Numbered from the stretch's first letter, positions 37,064-46,756 are shown. The stretch: 64,000 nt of DNA from Minisyncoccota bacterium (GCA_040905715.1 JBBDRA010000003.1:71075-135074), one strand, 5' to 3'. Numbers and translations: made by a program. The notes: a model not told the origin generated them from the letters alone.

Positions 37064-38128
37064 GTGTCGGGTATGAATATCGAAGAACAGAAACCACTTG
37101 CTCCGTTAACCACGTTCGGTGTTGGTGGACCCGCTACGTATTATGCGCGGGTGACCACGGTCGACGAGTTAGAGGAGGCGCTTGCACACGCGCGGGAGAA
37201 TCAGCTCCCGGTTTTTATTCTCGGGGGAGGCTCCAACGTGGTCATTGACGATGCGGGGCTCGACGGTCTTGTGATTCATTGCGCACTCACCCGAGTGGGT
37301 TATGAGGAGAAAGAAGAAGGGCAGGTGGAGGTGGTTGCCGGGGCCGGCGAGCGTTGGGACGAGCTGGTTGCAGACACAGTGAATCGCGGGTTATGGGGGC
37401 TCGAAAATCTCTCCGGCATCCCCGGCAGTGTCGGGGCGGCACCGGTTCAGAATATCGGCGCGTACGGGGTGGAGATACAGGATGTGCTGGAGTGGGTCGA
37501 GGCGGTGGATATCGAGACCGGCGAGAAGAAGGTGTTCTCGCCCCAGGAGTGCGAGTTTGCGTATCGCTGGAGTTACTTTAAATCAAACGAAGGCCGGCGC
37601 TGGGTCATTGCCCGGGTGGCGTTTCGGCTTGCTGTTGAGACAAATCCAAAACTTTCATACAAAGACCTTCAGGAGTATTTTACGGACATGTCTGTGCAAC
37701 CGTCGCTGGCTGAGATACGCGAGGCGGTATTGACGATACGGGCAAAGAAGTTTCCCGACCTCACTGAGCTCGGAACCGCCGGCAGTTTTTTTACTAACCC
37801 GATCATCTCACGCCAGGAGCTTCCCCGCCTCCTCGAGAAGTACCCGGAGCTTCCGCACTATGAGGTTGATGATCAGGATGTAGACGACAAGGATGGAAAA
37901 CAGCGGGTGAAGGTGTCGGCCGCCTGGATACTCGACAAAGCGTGCGGACTCAAGGGGTATCATCGTGGTCCGGTCCGGTTGTTTGAGCGCCAGCCGTTGG
38001 TTGTGGTGGCTGAGCGAGGGGCAACAGCTGCGGATATTCATGCGTTGGCAGATGATGTGCAAAAGCAGGTCCAAAAGGCAACAGGTATTACACTTGCTCG
38101 CGAGGTGCGCTATCTGCCGGAAGAATGA
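37064..38128 (+). CDS. murB: UDP-N-acetylenolpyruvoylglucosamine reductase MurB
   Basis: It has an FAD-binding N-terminus 'LAPLTTFGVGGPATYY…ILGGGSNVVIDD', a MurB C-terminal domain, and an acidic insertion (DDQDVDDKDG). Confidence 0.8.
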   Translation: MSGMNIEEQKPLAPLTTFGVGGPATYYARVTTVDELEEALAHARENQLPVFILGGGSNVVIDDAGLDGLVIHCALTRVGYEEKEEGQVEVVAGAGERWDELVADTVNRGLWGLENLSGIPGSVGAAPVQNIGAYGVEIQDVLEWVEAVDIETGEKKVFSPQECEFAYRWSYFKSNEGRRWVIARVAFRLAVETNPKLSYKDLQEYFTDMSVQPSLAEIREAVLTIRAKKFPDLTELGTAGSFFTNPIISRQELPRLLEKYPELPHYEVDDQDVDDKDGKQRVKVSAAWILDKACGLKGYHRGPVRLFERQPLVVVAERGATAADIHALADDVQKQVQKATGITLAREVRYLPEE

Positions 38129-38185
38129 TACGAAAGAATAATAGCAAAATGAGGATAGTAGTTTTTCTTTGGTATACTCTAAGGC

Positions 38186-39961
38186 ATGTCTAAAAGCTCT
38201 TCAAGAAATACGAAAAGAAACACGAAAGCTACCGCCGGCCGAACGTATCCTGCTCACGGCGGGGACCTGAAAGATCTTTTGTATGCCGGAGACAGTGACG
38301 ATCTTCGTGAGCGCATTGCGGGTGCCGTGCGCATCATATTGACTCCGCGTCAGCTGTGTGACCTGGAGCTGCTTTTGGTGGGTGGATTTTCTCCGTTGGA
38401 AGGGTTTATGGATGAGGTGACATATCGCAGTGTCGTGGATACGATGCGTCTTCCTGGTGGTGCAGTGTGGCCGATGCCGATCGTGCTTGATCAAGATCGG
38501 GTACATGTGGCTGAGGGCGATGAGGTTGTACTGTGTGACAGCTACAACAAACCGCTTGCGCTATTGCAGGTGACATCTATCTACAAGCCGGACAAGACAG
38601 CCGAAGCCGAGGGTGTGTACGGGACAACGGACAAGTCGCATTTCGGTGTGCGGTATCTATTTGAGAAAACTGGTTCAACTTACATTGGTGGTCCGGTCAC
38701 CGGTATTAGTTTGCCGGAGTATTTTGATTTTACCGAGTACCGTCTCACCCCGCGGCAGTTGCGTGACCGGTTCAGTGAGCGAGGTGTCTCGCGCGTGGTT
38801 GGATTTCAGACACGCAATCCGCTTCACCGTGCCCATCATGACCTGATCCGTCGGGCTGCTCGCGATCACGGTGCGCTGGCGCTCGTTCATCCGTCGGTCG
38901 GAGTCACCAAGGACGGGGATATTGATCACGTGACCCGGGTCAAGGCGTATAAAGTGCTCCACGAAAATTATCTCTCAGACATTGCCGAGCTTTCTTTGCT
39001 TCCGTTGGCGATGCGAATGGGCGGTCCGCGTGAGGCACTGTGGCATGCGATCATCCGAAAGAATTACGGATGCACGCATTTTATTATCGGTCGTGATCAC
39101 GCGGGTCCGGGAAAGAACGAGGCGGGCGAACCGTTTTATGGGGATTACGATGCTCACGAGCTCGTTGCTCAATACGCAGATGAACTGGGTATAGAAGTAG
39201 TGCCGATGAAGAAGGTTGTGTATGTTGAGGAAAAAGATGAGTTCATACCTGAAGATGAAGTTTCACCGAATCAATCAATAAAAGAACTATCGGGTACGGA
39301 GGTGCGCCGCCGGCTTCTCGAGAACGAAGATATTCCGGAATGGTTCTCGTTTCCCGAGGTTGTTTCGATTCTTCGTAAAAGTACTCGTAAAAATAATCAG
39401 GAGAACGGACAGGTGGGCACGACCCGTGGTGCCGTTATCTTCTTCACCGGTCTTTCCGGTTCCGGCAAAACAACAGTAGCCCGAACGCTTGCGGCATATA
39501 TCCTTGAGCGGTATAACCGCGAGGTGACATTGCTCGATGGGGATGTGGTTCGAGAGAATCTTTCAAAAGGACTAACCTTTTCAAAAGAGGATCGAGACAC
39601 CAATGTTGAGCGGATCGGTTTTGTTGCCGGCGAGGTTGCCAAGCACGGAGGTCTCGCGATCTGCTCTGCCATCGCACCATATATAGCGGCTCGAGAAGCA
39701 AATCGGCGCCGAGTGAGCGCAAACGGTGAGTATATTGAGGTGTATGTCTCGACGCCGCTGGAAACCTGCGAAGCACGCGATGTGAAAGGGTTGTACGCCG
39801 GAGCACGGGCAGGGAACATAAAAAATTTCACCGGCATTTCTGATCCGTACGAGGAGCCGACCGATCCCGAGATCAAACTTGATACGAGCGCGCAAACACC
39901 ACAGGAATGTGTTGCCACTATTGTTGCGTATCTTGAATCTCGTGCACTTCTTACTGAATAA
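38186..39961 (+). CDS. Bifunctional sulfate adenylyltransferase (ATP sulfurylase) / adenylyl-sulfate kinase (PAPS synthase)
   Basis: The ATP-sulfurylase motifs are 'GFQTRNPLHRAHHDL' and 'GRDHAG'. The C-terminal APS kinase has a P-loop 'FTGLSGSGKTTVA' and 'CSAIAPY'. Confidence 0.85.
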   Translation: MSKSSSRNTKRNTKATAGRTYPAHGGDLKDLLYAGDSDDLRERIAGAVRIILTPRQLCDLELLLVGGFSPLEGFMDEVTYRSVVDTMRLPGGAVWPMPIVLDQDRVHVAEGDEVVLCDSYNKPLALLQVTSIYKPDKTAEAEGVYGTTDKSHFGVRYLFEKTGSTYIGGPVTGISLPEYFDFTEYRLTPRQLRDRFSERGVSRVVGFQTRNPLHRAHHDLIRRAARDHGALALVHPSVGVTKDGDIDHVTRVKAYKVLHENYLSDIAELSLLPLAMRMGGPREALWHAIIRKNYGCTHFIIGRDHAGPGKNEAGEPFYGDYDAHELVAQYADELGIEVVPMKKVVYVEEKDEFIPEDEVSPNQSIKELSGTEVRRRLLENEDIPEWFSFPEVVSILRKSTRKNNQENGQVGTTRGAVIFFTGLSGSGKTTVARTLAAYILERYNREVTLLDGDVVRENLSKGLTFSKEDRDTNVERIGFVAGEVAKHGGLAICSAIAPYIAAREANRRRVSANGEYIEVYVSTPLETCEARDVKGLYAGARAGNIKNFTGISDPYEEPTDPEIKLDTSAQTPQECVATIVAYLESRALLTE

Positions 39962-40049
39962 ACGTCAAAACTGCAAATAACAGGCACGTTCTTCAAAAGG
40001 TGCCTTAAAACTTGAAACAGGCCTATTCAGCGTGTATGCTGGTACAGTT

Positions 40050-42626
40050 ATGCTGAATACGATCAAGAAACTATTTGGAGATGAAAGCGCCCGAGCACTT
40101 AAACCGCTCTGGCCGATCGTGACTCAGATCAATGAGCTCGAGGAGGGTATCAAGGCCCTATCGGATGAAGAGCTTAAAGCAAAGACTGACGAGTTCAAGC
40201 GCCGACTGAATCCGCCGGAAGGCAGGGCTGAGACGCTTGATGACATTCTCCCTGAGGCGTTCGCGGTCGTTCGCGAAGCTGCTCGGCGCACACTCGGCGA
40301 GCGGCACTTTGACGTACAGCTGTTAGGAGGTATCGTGTTGCATCGCGGGAACATCGCGGAGATGAGAACCGGTGAAGGAAAGACCTTGGTGGGAACACTG
40401 CCGACCTATCTCAATGCGCTAACCGGAAACGGTGTTCATATTGTTACGGTGAACGACTACCTCTCACGGCGTGACGCGGTCTGGATGGGCCAGATCTACC
40501 ATTTCCTTGGACTCCAGGTCGGCGCGGTCAACACCCAGGTGTCGTATCTGTACGATCCGGCTCGTGCTGAATCACTTGATAAAGAGCGAGACGAAAAAGG
40601 GTCGTTCAAGGTCGTTGATGACTATCTGCGCGAAGTAGCTCGTCCCGAAGCGTACGCGGCAGACATTACGTACGGAACCGACAGCGAATTTGGGTTTGAC
40701 TATCTGCGCGACAACATGGAGCAGGACGCAACCCGGCTTCGACAGCGCGGATTTAATTTTGTGATCATTGATGAGATCGACTCTATTCTTATCGATGAGG
40801 CACGAACACCGCTCATCATCTCGGTTCCGGCGGCTGAGTCTGAGCAGCTATACCAGACGTTCACCTCGATCGCGCGTCAGATGAAAGTGAATGAAGACTA
40901 CGAAGTAGATGAAAAGATGAAGGCGATCTCACTTACTGACGATGGTATCAGCAAGGCGGAGCGTCTATTGGGCGTGGATAATATCTATACAGAAAAGGGA
41001 ATCAAGTACGTGCACCATCTTGAAACCGCCGTACGAGCTAAGGCGCTCTTCGAGCGTGATACTGATTACGTGGTTCGTGATGGAGAGGTGGTGATCGTGG
41101 ATCAGTTTACCGGACGTCTCCAGCCGGGGCGCCGATGGTCTGAAGGATTGCACCAAGCGATCGAAGCAAAAGAGGGGATCGAGACGAAGCATGAGTCACG
41201 TACTGCCGCGTCTATTACGTATCAGAACTATTTCCGGATGTACCCGAAGATCGCCGGAATGACCGGTACGGCTATTACCTCGGCGGAGGAGTTCCGAAAA
41301 GTGTACAACATAGATACGCTTGAGATCCCGACAAACAACCCGATCCAGCGAAAAGATCTCAATGATTTTATTCTTCAGACCGAAGCCGGAAAGCTCAAGG
41401 CGATAGCGCGAACGGTAAAGGAGCGCCACGATAAAGGGCAGCCGGTATTAATCGGTACTATCTCGATCGAGAAGAACGAGATCCTTTCTGAATATCTGAA
41501 AGCAGAAGGAGTGCCGCACAAGATGCTGAACGCGAAGAACCATGAGAGTGAAGGAGGCACCATCGCGCAAGCCGGACAGAAAGGAGCGGTTACGGTCGCG
41601 ACCAACATGGCCGGTCGTGGAGTGGACATCAAGCTTGGAGGAAGCCCAACGACTCCGGAGCTTGCCCGAGAAGTGAAAGATCTTGGTGGACTGTATGTTC
41701 TGGGAACCGAGCGGCACGAAGCGCGAAGAATCGATGATCAGCTTCGTGGTCGTGCCGGGCGACAGGGTGACCCGGGTGAGACGCAGTTCTTCGTCTCGCT
41801 CGAAGATCGTTTGATGCGAGTATTTGCCTCAGACAGGATTAAAGGCATGATGGGTCGGTTCGGCATTGCTGAGGACGAACACATCGAAAATCGAATGATC
41901 ACCCGTGCGATCGAGAGTGCCCAGCGAAAGATCGAGGGACTCAACTTCGATGCACGTAAGCGTATTCTTGATTTTGATAACATTCTTGACCATCAGCGCA
42001 AGACAGTGTATAGCCAGCGGCGAACTATTCTTACCGGTGATCTTGAGATGGTTAAACTTGAAGTGGCTCGACTTATGGACGGCGCTCGCGAGGACGTTGT
42101 CGAGATGATCGAAAAGCGCCAAAAAGAGCTTGGTGAGGAGGCGTTCTATACCGGTGCTCGCAAGGTGGTTTTGCAGACCATCGACATGTTGTGGGTGGAG
42201 CATCTTGAGGTAATGGACCACCTTCGAAACAGCGTGAATTTGCGCGCGTACGGTCAGCACGATCCATTAACTGAATACAAGAAAGAGGGAGTTCGATTGT
42301 TTAGTGAACTTCAGGAGTCGATCGAGAATGAAGTTCTCAAGAGCCTTATGAATCTAGAAGGTGAGAACATTGCCATGGGCGGATTTGGCAAAACTGTTGC
42401 CCAGCATCAAGACCCGTCTCAGGTCGCCGCTGTTAACACAACTGGTACGCCGCCGGAAGGATCGTCACAGCTTCCTCCTGTTTCTCGAGGGCTTCAGCGT
42501 CCATCCGGAAAGAGTTTTGGTCGTAATGAAAAGGTGATCCTGGTGAAAGATGGAGAGGAGATGGAGATCAAATACAAGAAGGCCGATCCGTATTTCAAGC
42601 AAGGCTGGCGCATCAAGAGTAAATAA
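40050..42626 (+). CDS. secA: Preprotein translocase ATPase SecA
   Basis: The N-terminus 'MLNTIKKLFGDESARALK' is canonical for SecA. The Walker A is 'EMRTGEGKTLV' and DEAD-like motifs are present. The ORF track starts at 40032, but the ATG at 40050 is preferred. Confidence 0.9.
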   Translation: MLNTIKKLFGDESARALKPLWPIVTQINELEEGIKALSDEELKAKTDEFKRRLNPPEGRAETLDDILPEAFAVVREAARRTLGERHFDVQLLGGIVLHRGNIAEMRTGEGKTLVGTLPTYLNALTGNGVHIVTVNDYLSRRDAVWMGQIYHFLGLQVGAVNTQVSYLYDPARAESLDKERDEKGSFKVVDDYLREVARPEAYAADITYGTDSEFGFDYLRDNMEQDATRLRQRGFNFVIIDEIDSILIDEARTPLIISVPAAESEQLYQTFTSIARQMKVNEDYEVDEKMKAISLTDDGISKAERLLGVDNIYTEKGIKYVHHLETAVRAKALFERDTDYVVRDGEVVIVDQFTGRLQPGRRWSEGLHQAIEAKEGIETKHESRTAASITYQNYFRMYPKIAGMTGTAITSAEEFRKVYNIDTLEIPTNNPIQRKDLNDFILQTEAGKLKAIARTVKERHDKGQPVLIGTISIEKNEILSEYLKAEGVPHKMLNAKNHESEGGTIAQAGQKGAVTVATNMAGRGVDIKLGGSPTTPELAREVKDLGGLYVLGTERHEARRIDDQLRGRAGRQGDPGETQFFVSLEDRLMRVFASDRIKGMMGRFGIAEDEHIENRMITRAIESAQRKIEGLNFDARKRILDFDNILDHQRKTVYSQRRTILTGDLEMVKLEVARLMDGAREDVVEMIEKRQKELGEEAFYTGARKVVLQTIDMLWVEHLEVMDHLRNSVNLRAYGQHDPLTEYKKEGVRLFSELQESIENEVLKSLMNLEGENIAMGGFGKTVAQHQDPSQVAAVNTTGTPPEGSSQLPPVSRGLQRPSGKSFGRNEKVILVKDGEEMEIKYKKADPYFKQGWRIKSK

Positions 42627-42801
42627 CAGGGTGCCGCCTTTAGTATAGAGGGAGGTAGAGAATACAATAGAAGAGTCATGAGCTCGAAAGCTCTTGGGGT
42701 GTAGCCCGTCATACAGTGTATGGCGGGTTTGATACAATGCAGAACTTCCCTCCCTGTTAGTTTGCTCTGAGGGGATATAATGTTTGTGGTATAATCAGTA
42801 C

Positions 42802-43338
42802 ATGAAATATTGGCTTAAGAATAACGTGGCGTTACTTATAGCACTTACACTGCCGGTTATTCTTATTGTCGCTATTGTATTTGTGGTCTATGTCCCGCGT
42901 GTATTTGCGCCTGAACCACAGTACGATCTTCTCTATGGTGTTCCGTATGACGGTCCGCGCGTCATGGGACACTGCTCGTTTGGCTATGAGGTGTTAGATG
43001 GCGTCCTCGAGCAGCGCATAACCAACAGTTGTGATGAGGGTGATGAGCCGGAGGCTTTGTACGATCTTTTTGTGCATCGTGTAGCGGATGGCGAGAATGA
43101 AAGTATATCGTTCGATGAGGCTCGACAACTGACTCTTGATGAGAATGTTGAGGCTCCGGATGGATATTCGCTGGTTCATAATTCTAATCACCGCGGTATC
43201 TTTGAATTGTTCGGCACCTCCGGCGGGCGCACGTGGTATCTTGAGCACGGTGTTGCTCGCCGGTCTATTGAGCTTGATAGATCAGCTTCACCGTACTACT
43301 ACAATATTCAATTTTACGGCTGGATCATAAACGAATAA
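42802..43338 (+). CDS. Hypothetical membrane-anchored extracytoplasmic protein
   Basis: It has an N-terminal TM helix and no recognised domain. The ORF track starts at 42784, and an alternative ATG lies at 42802. Confidence 0.4.
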   Translation: MKYWLKNNVALLIALTLPVILIVAIVFVVYVPRVFAPEPQYDLLYGVPYDGPRVMGHCSFGYEVLDGVLEQRITNSCDEGDEPEALYDLFVHRVADGENESISFDEARQLTLDENVEAPDGYSLVHNSNHRGIFELFGTSGGRTWYLEHGVARRSIELDRSASPYYYNIQFYGWIINE

Positions 43339-43349
43339 CATACATTTCT

Positions 43350-44381
43350 ATGGATAGAGACACATTGGTTGCACAGCTGAAGCGAGCACTTGATCAGGGT
43401 GAGATAACTGCTCAGGAGGTTCAGTCTATTGTGGCGCCGTATAAAGAGGATCCGGAAGACAAGAATCTCGTTTTGATCCGTATACTTTCGTATATCGGCG
43501 GCGCCATTATTTTGATGGGCGTGATCGTGTTTGTGGTAATGAACTGGGATCAACTCGGATCATTGGCTCGTGTACTTTTGAGTTTGGGCGTAAGTGTCTT
43601 TGCGTACATTCTCGGTGTTGTTGGGTACATGACCACAACTCTAGATAGATTGAAAAGAAGACAGTCTGAATTTGTGGCAAATGCGCTGCTGCTCATAGGT
43701 GTTGTTCTGTTTCCGATCGGGTTAGCGGTGTTGCTGCACGAAGCGGGTATGCAAGTTCACACCGCCGGCACGCAAATAGTGATCAGTGCTTTTAGTGTGA
43801 TCCTCGCTATTGCGTCATACCTATTGCTTCAAAAGCTTCGACTTTTCTTGTTGGTTGCGATTATTCTGGGTACGTGGTTTTTGGTGGCGTTCATTAATTT
43901 TACGACTGACCACGGCAACGCCGTGCCGTTCGATAGTTTTTATCTATATCAGTGGCTCACGATCGTGATCGGGACAATGTATATCGCCGGCGGACAGTGG
44001 CTTGTTCAGCGAGGTGAGCAGTCGCTTTCCGGCGCGCTATATGCGTTTGGCGCTATTGGCATACTTGGTGCCGGGCTTGCGGGAGGTGATCTTTGGAACC
44101 TTGCGTATCCTCTTTTGTTGATTGGCGGGTTTGCCGGCAGTGTATATCTTACGAGTAGAAGTATTCTTGTTGTGTCATCGTTGGCACTTATCGTCTATCT
44201 CATAAAGATCACGTCAGAGTATTTTCCGGATGCGGTAGCTGCATGGCCGATCGCGCTTATTGCGCTCGGAGGTGTTATCATAGCAGTCAGTTACGGTGCC
44301 TATCGTTTGCATCAACGAATGAAAACATCATCACATACTGAAGCAGATCAATTTAATAGTTCTCAAAACCTTCGTCTATGA
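43350..44381 (+). CDS. Polytopic membrane protein with a soluble N-terminal domain (DUF2157-like)
   Basis: About eight TM helices follow a soluble N-terminus 'MDRDTLVAQLKRALDQGEITAQEVQSI', but the family assignment is uncertain. Confidence 0.4.
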   Translation: MDRDTLVAQLKRALDQGEITAQEVQSIVAPYKEDPEDKNLVLIRILSYIGGAIILMGVIVFVVMNWDQLGSLARVLLSLGVSVFAYILGVVGYMTTTLDRLKRRQSEFVANALLLIGVVLFPIGLAVLLHEAGMQVHTAGTQIVISAFSVILAIASYLLLQKLRLFLLVAIILGTWFLVAFINFTTDHGNAVPFDSFYLYQWLTIVIGTMYIAGGQWLVQRGEQSLSGALYAFGAIGILGAGLAGGDLWNLAYPLLLIGGFAGSVYLTSRSILVVSSLALIVYLIKITSEYFPDAVAAWPIALIALGGVIIAVSYGAYRLHQRMKTSSHTEADQFNSSQNLRL

Positions 44382-45040
44382 TAGAAACACTCATAACGTT
44401 TATTGAAGAGACATTGATCCCGCTTGGAGGCGTGGGACTTTTTCTTGCGTCAATCATTGAAGAGGTGGTCGTACCGATCCCGGCAGCCGTGGTTCAATTG
44501 GGTGCCGGGTATTTTTTGTTGCCGAATGAAGTAACGACTGATTTTGCAGTTACTATGATCTTTTCAATTATTGTGCCTATCGCACTTGGCGTGTCGATCG
44601 GGTCGCTTGCGATCTATTATCTCGGGTACTTCACCGGAAAACCTTTGCTTGAGCGCTGGGGTAAATATGCGGGTTTAAGCTGGCGTGGTGTAGAAAGAAG
44701 GCATGACAAGTTTAAGAGCACGCAGGCGGACGCCACGGTGTTGTTCTTCTTGCGAATTGCCCCTCTTGTGCCGAGTGCGGTCATCTCGCTGTCTTGCGGT
44801 GTTATTCGCATGAAGCTCTGGAAGTATCTGCTCTATACCTTTTTGGGAACCATGATCAGGGTGGCATTTTTGGCAATGATAGGTTCGCAGGTCGGTGTAT
44901 TCTATCGTCAGTACTGGACGATCATTGATCGATTCGAATACGTGATACTGATGGCTGTTCTTGTCTCCTTCTTTATATTCATGTTGTATAAATTAGTGTG
45001 GTTTCGGTACCAAGAGTCACCTCGTAGATCAATATCGTAG
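44378..45040 (+). CDS. DedA/VTT-domain membrane protein
   Basis: The DedA core 'GGVGLFLASIIEEVVVPIPAAVVQLGAGYF' and its membrane topology are present. Its start overlaps the upstream stop. Confidence 0.65.
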   Translation: MIETLITFIEETLIPLGGVGLFLASIIEEVVVPIPAAVVQLGAGYFLLPNEVTTDFAVTMIFSIIVPIALGVSIGSLAIYYLGYFTGKPLLERWGKYAGLSWRGVERRHDKFKSTQADATVLFFLRIAPLVPSAVISLSCGVIRMKLWKYLLYTFLGTMIRVAFLAMIGSQVGVFYRQYWTIIDRFEYVILMAVLVSFFIFMLYKLVWFRYQESPRRSIS

Positions 45041-45597
45041 TGCGTAGTATGAACTTATTTACTGATTGGTTTAATAGCATTGCTGCCTCTGCTGTGTTGG
45101 TGGGGATGGCGCTTATTGTCCTATACCTCATAGCTGTTTGTTTCTCGTGGGTGAGGTTTTTTGCTTTTCTTCGGGAGAAGTTGCATACATATCATCTTTG
45201 GCTGGGTTTTCTTATTTCAACCGGAGCGTTGATCAGTACGCTGATCTACTCACAGATAATCGCTTTTGAGCCGTGTGAGTTTTGTTGGTGGCAGCGGGTT
45301 GCGATGTATCCGCAAGTGCTTATTTTTGGTGTTGCACTATTTAGAAGAAGACTTGAAGAATATGTCGTGCTGATCATGTTGTCTGTCATAGGTATGGTGT
45401 TAGCCGTTATTCATATTAGTATTCAGTTGCGTGATGACACTATATTTTGCCTGCCAGGAGAAGTGAGTTGCAGTACTATTTACATCACCGAGTTTGGTTT
45501 TATAACTATGCCGGTAATGTCGCTTACGGTCTTTACCATACTTGCCTTGATCGCCGGCAACGGTTTGTACGAACAACGCAAGAGCGCTCGAGTCTAA
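45040..45597 (+). CDS. Disulfide bond formation protein B (DsbB/BdbC family)
   Basis: 'FEPCEFCWWQRVAMYP' matches the BdbC 'EPCxLCWYQRIxMYP' motif. A second Cys pair 'CLPGEVSC' lies in a periplasmic loop. There are four TM helices. Confidence 0.6.
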   Translation: MRSMNLFTDWFNSIAASAVLVGMALIVLYLIAVCFSWVRFFAFLREKLHTYHLWLGFLISTGALISTLIYSQIIAFEPCEFCWWQRVAMYPQVLIFGVALFRRRLEEYVVLIMLSVIGMVLAVIHISIQLRDDTIFCLPGEVSCSTIYITEFGFITMPVMSLTVFTILALIAGNGLYEQRKSARV

Positions 45598-45622
45598 GTA
45601 GCTATATAGTCGTACGTCCGGT

Positions 45623-46756
45623 GTGGATAGTATCTCCTATGCACAGTCTGAGATGATGCGTGGTGTGGTACGATTAGACTATCTTCACATGTCTCGTGAC
45701 ATCATACAGCTTAGTTACTTTTTCGCTCTTCTGGTCGCTGCAGCGGTGCTGATCGGACTGGTGTTTCTGCCGTATATACCGGCTATCTTTTTTGCGATCG
45801 TGTTAGCGATCGTTTTTTATCCACTCCATCAAAAAATACTGGATGCAGTTAATGGACGGGCTTGGCTTGCGTCGACTCTGAGTACCACGGTTGTTTTGAT
45901 AGTAATAATCATTCCGCTTGTTATCTTCAGTATCTTGCTGTTTCAGGAAGCCTCAAGACTCCTGTCCCTCATAGCCGCATCTGAGTTTAATCTTGATGAC
46001 TCACTTACTGCGTTTGTGGAATGGGTCGCTGCTTTTTCGCCGACCATAGCTGAGTATATTGGCTTGTATACGTTGGATATTGCTCCGCAGGAGCACATCG
46101 CTCAGGGTATTTCGTGGGTACTTGAGAGAGCGAACATGTTCGTTGGTCAGGCGTTTCGAATCGTGATAGCGGGCGCGATCAGCTTGCTCGCCCTTTTCTA
46201 TCTTTTTCGGGATGGTGATCGTGCGGTGCGCTATCTTGTTCGGGTCACGCCACTCGCGCGCGGATACGAAACAATGATCCTGCACAAAATAAAAGATGCG
46301 GTAAACTCAGCTGTTCTTGGGAGAATACTTACAGGAGTTATCCAAGGGGTGCTTACAGCTGTTGCGCTCAGTGTCGTGGGTATACCGGCGCCACTGCTTT
46401 GGGGGGCTGTTGCGGCGGTCCTCTCTGTAGTGCCTATGTTGGGTCCGGGTTTAGTTATCACGCCGGCCGCGCTGTATCTTATTGCGATCGGCAATACGTG
46501 GAGTGGGGTCGGGTTAATTGGATGGGCGGTCCTAGCCATCTACCTTGTGGATGATATTTTGGGACCTATCTTTATTGAACGGGGCATGAAAATTCATCCG
46601 TTTTTGATCCTTGTTTCTATATTAGGAGGTGTGTCGTTGTTCGGTCCTATTGGTTTCGTGGCCGGTCCGGTTCTACTTGCATTGCTCTTTGTACTGCTCG
46701 ACATGTATCCGATGATCCTTGAGAAAGAATTGTCAGCGAAACAAACAGATATATAA
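45623..46756 (+). CDS. AI-2E family transporter (PerM/UPF0118)
   Basis: It has eight TM helices and a conserved C-terminal core 'LGRILTGVIQGVLTAVALSVVGIPAPLLWGAVAAVLSVVPMLGPGL'. Confidence 0.6.
   Translation: MDSISYAQSEMMRGVVRLDYLHMSRDIIQLSYFFALLVAAAVLIGLVFLPYIPAIFFAIVLAIVFYPLHQKILDAVNGRAWLASTLSTTVVLIVIIIPLVIFSILLFQEASRLLSLIAASEFNLDDSLTAFVEWVAAFSPTIAEYIGLYTLDIAPQEHIAQGISWVLERANMFVGQAFRIVIAGAISLLALFYLFRDGDRAVRYLVRVTPLARGYETMILHKIKDAVNSAVLGRILTGVIQGVLTAVALSVVGIPAPLLWGAVAAVLSVVPMLGPGLVITPAALYLIAIGNTWSGVGLIGWAVLAIYLVDDILGPIFIERGMKIHPFLILVSILGGVSLFGPIGFVAGPVLLALLFVLLDMYPMILEKELSAKQTDI

Noticed and set aside
45447-45656. 69-aa plus-strand ORF overlapping the dsbB-like 3' end and the AI-2E gene start.
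   Set aside because: It is out of frame with two supported genes and bridges an intergenic region, so it is spurious.
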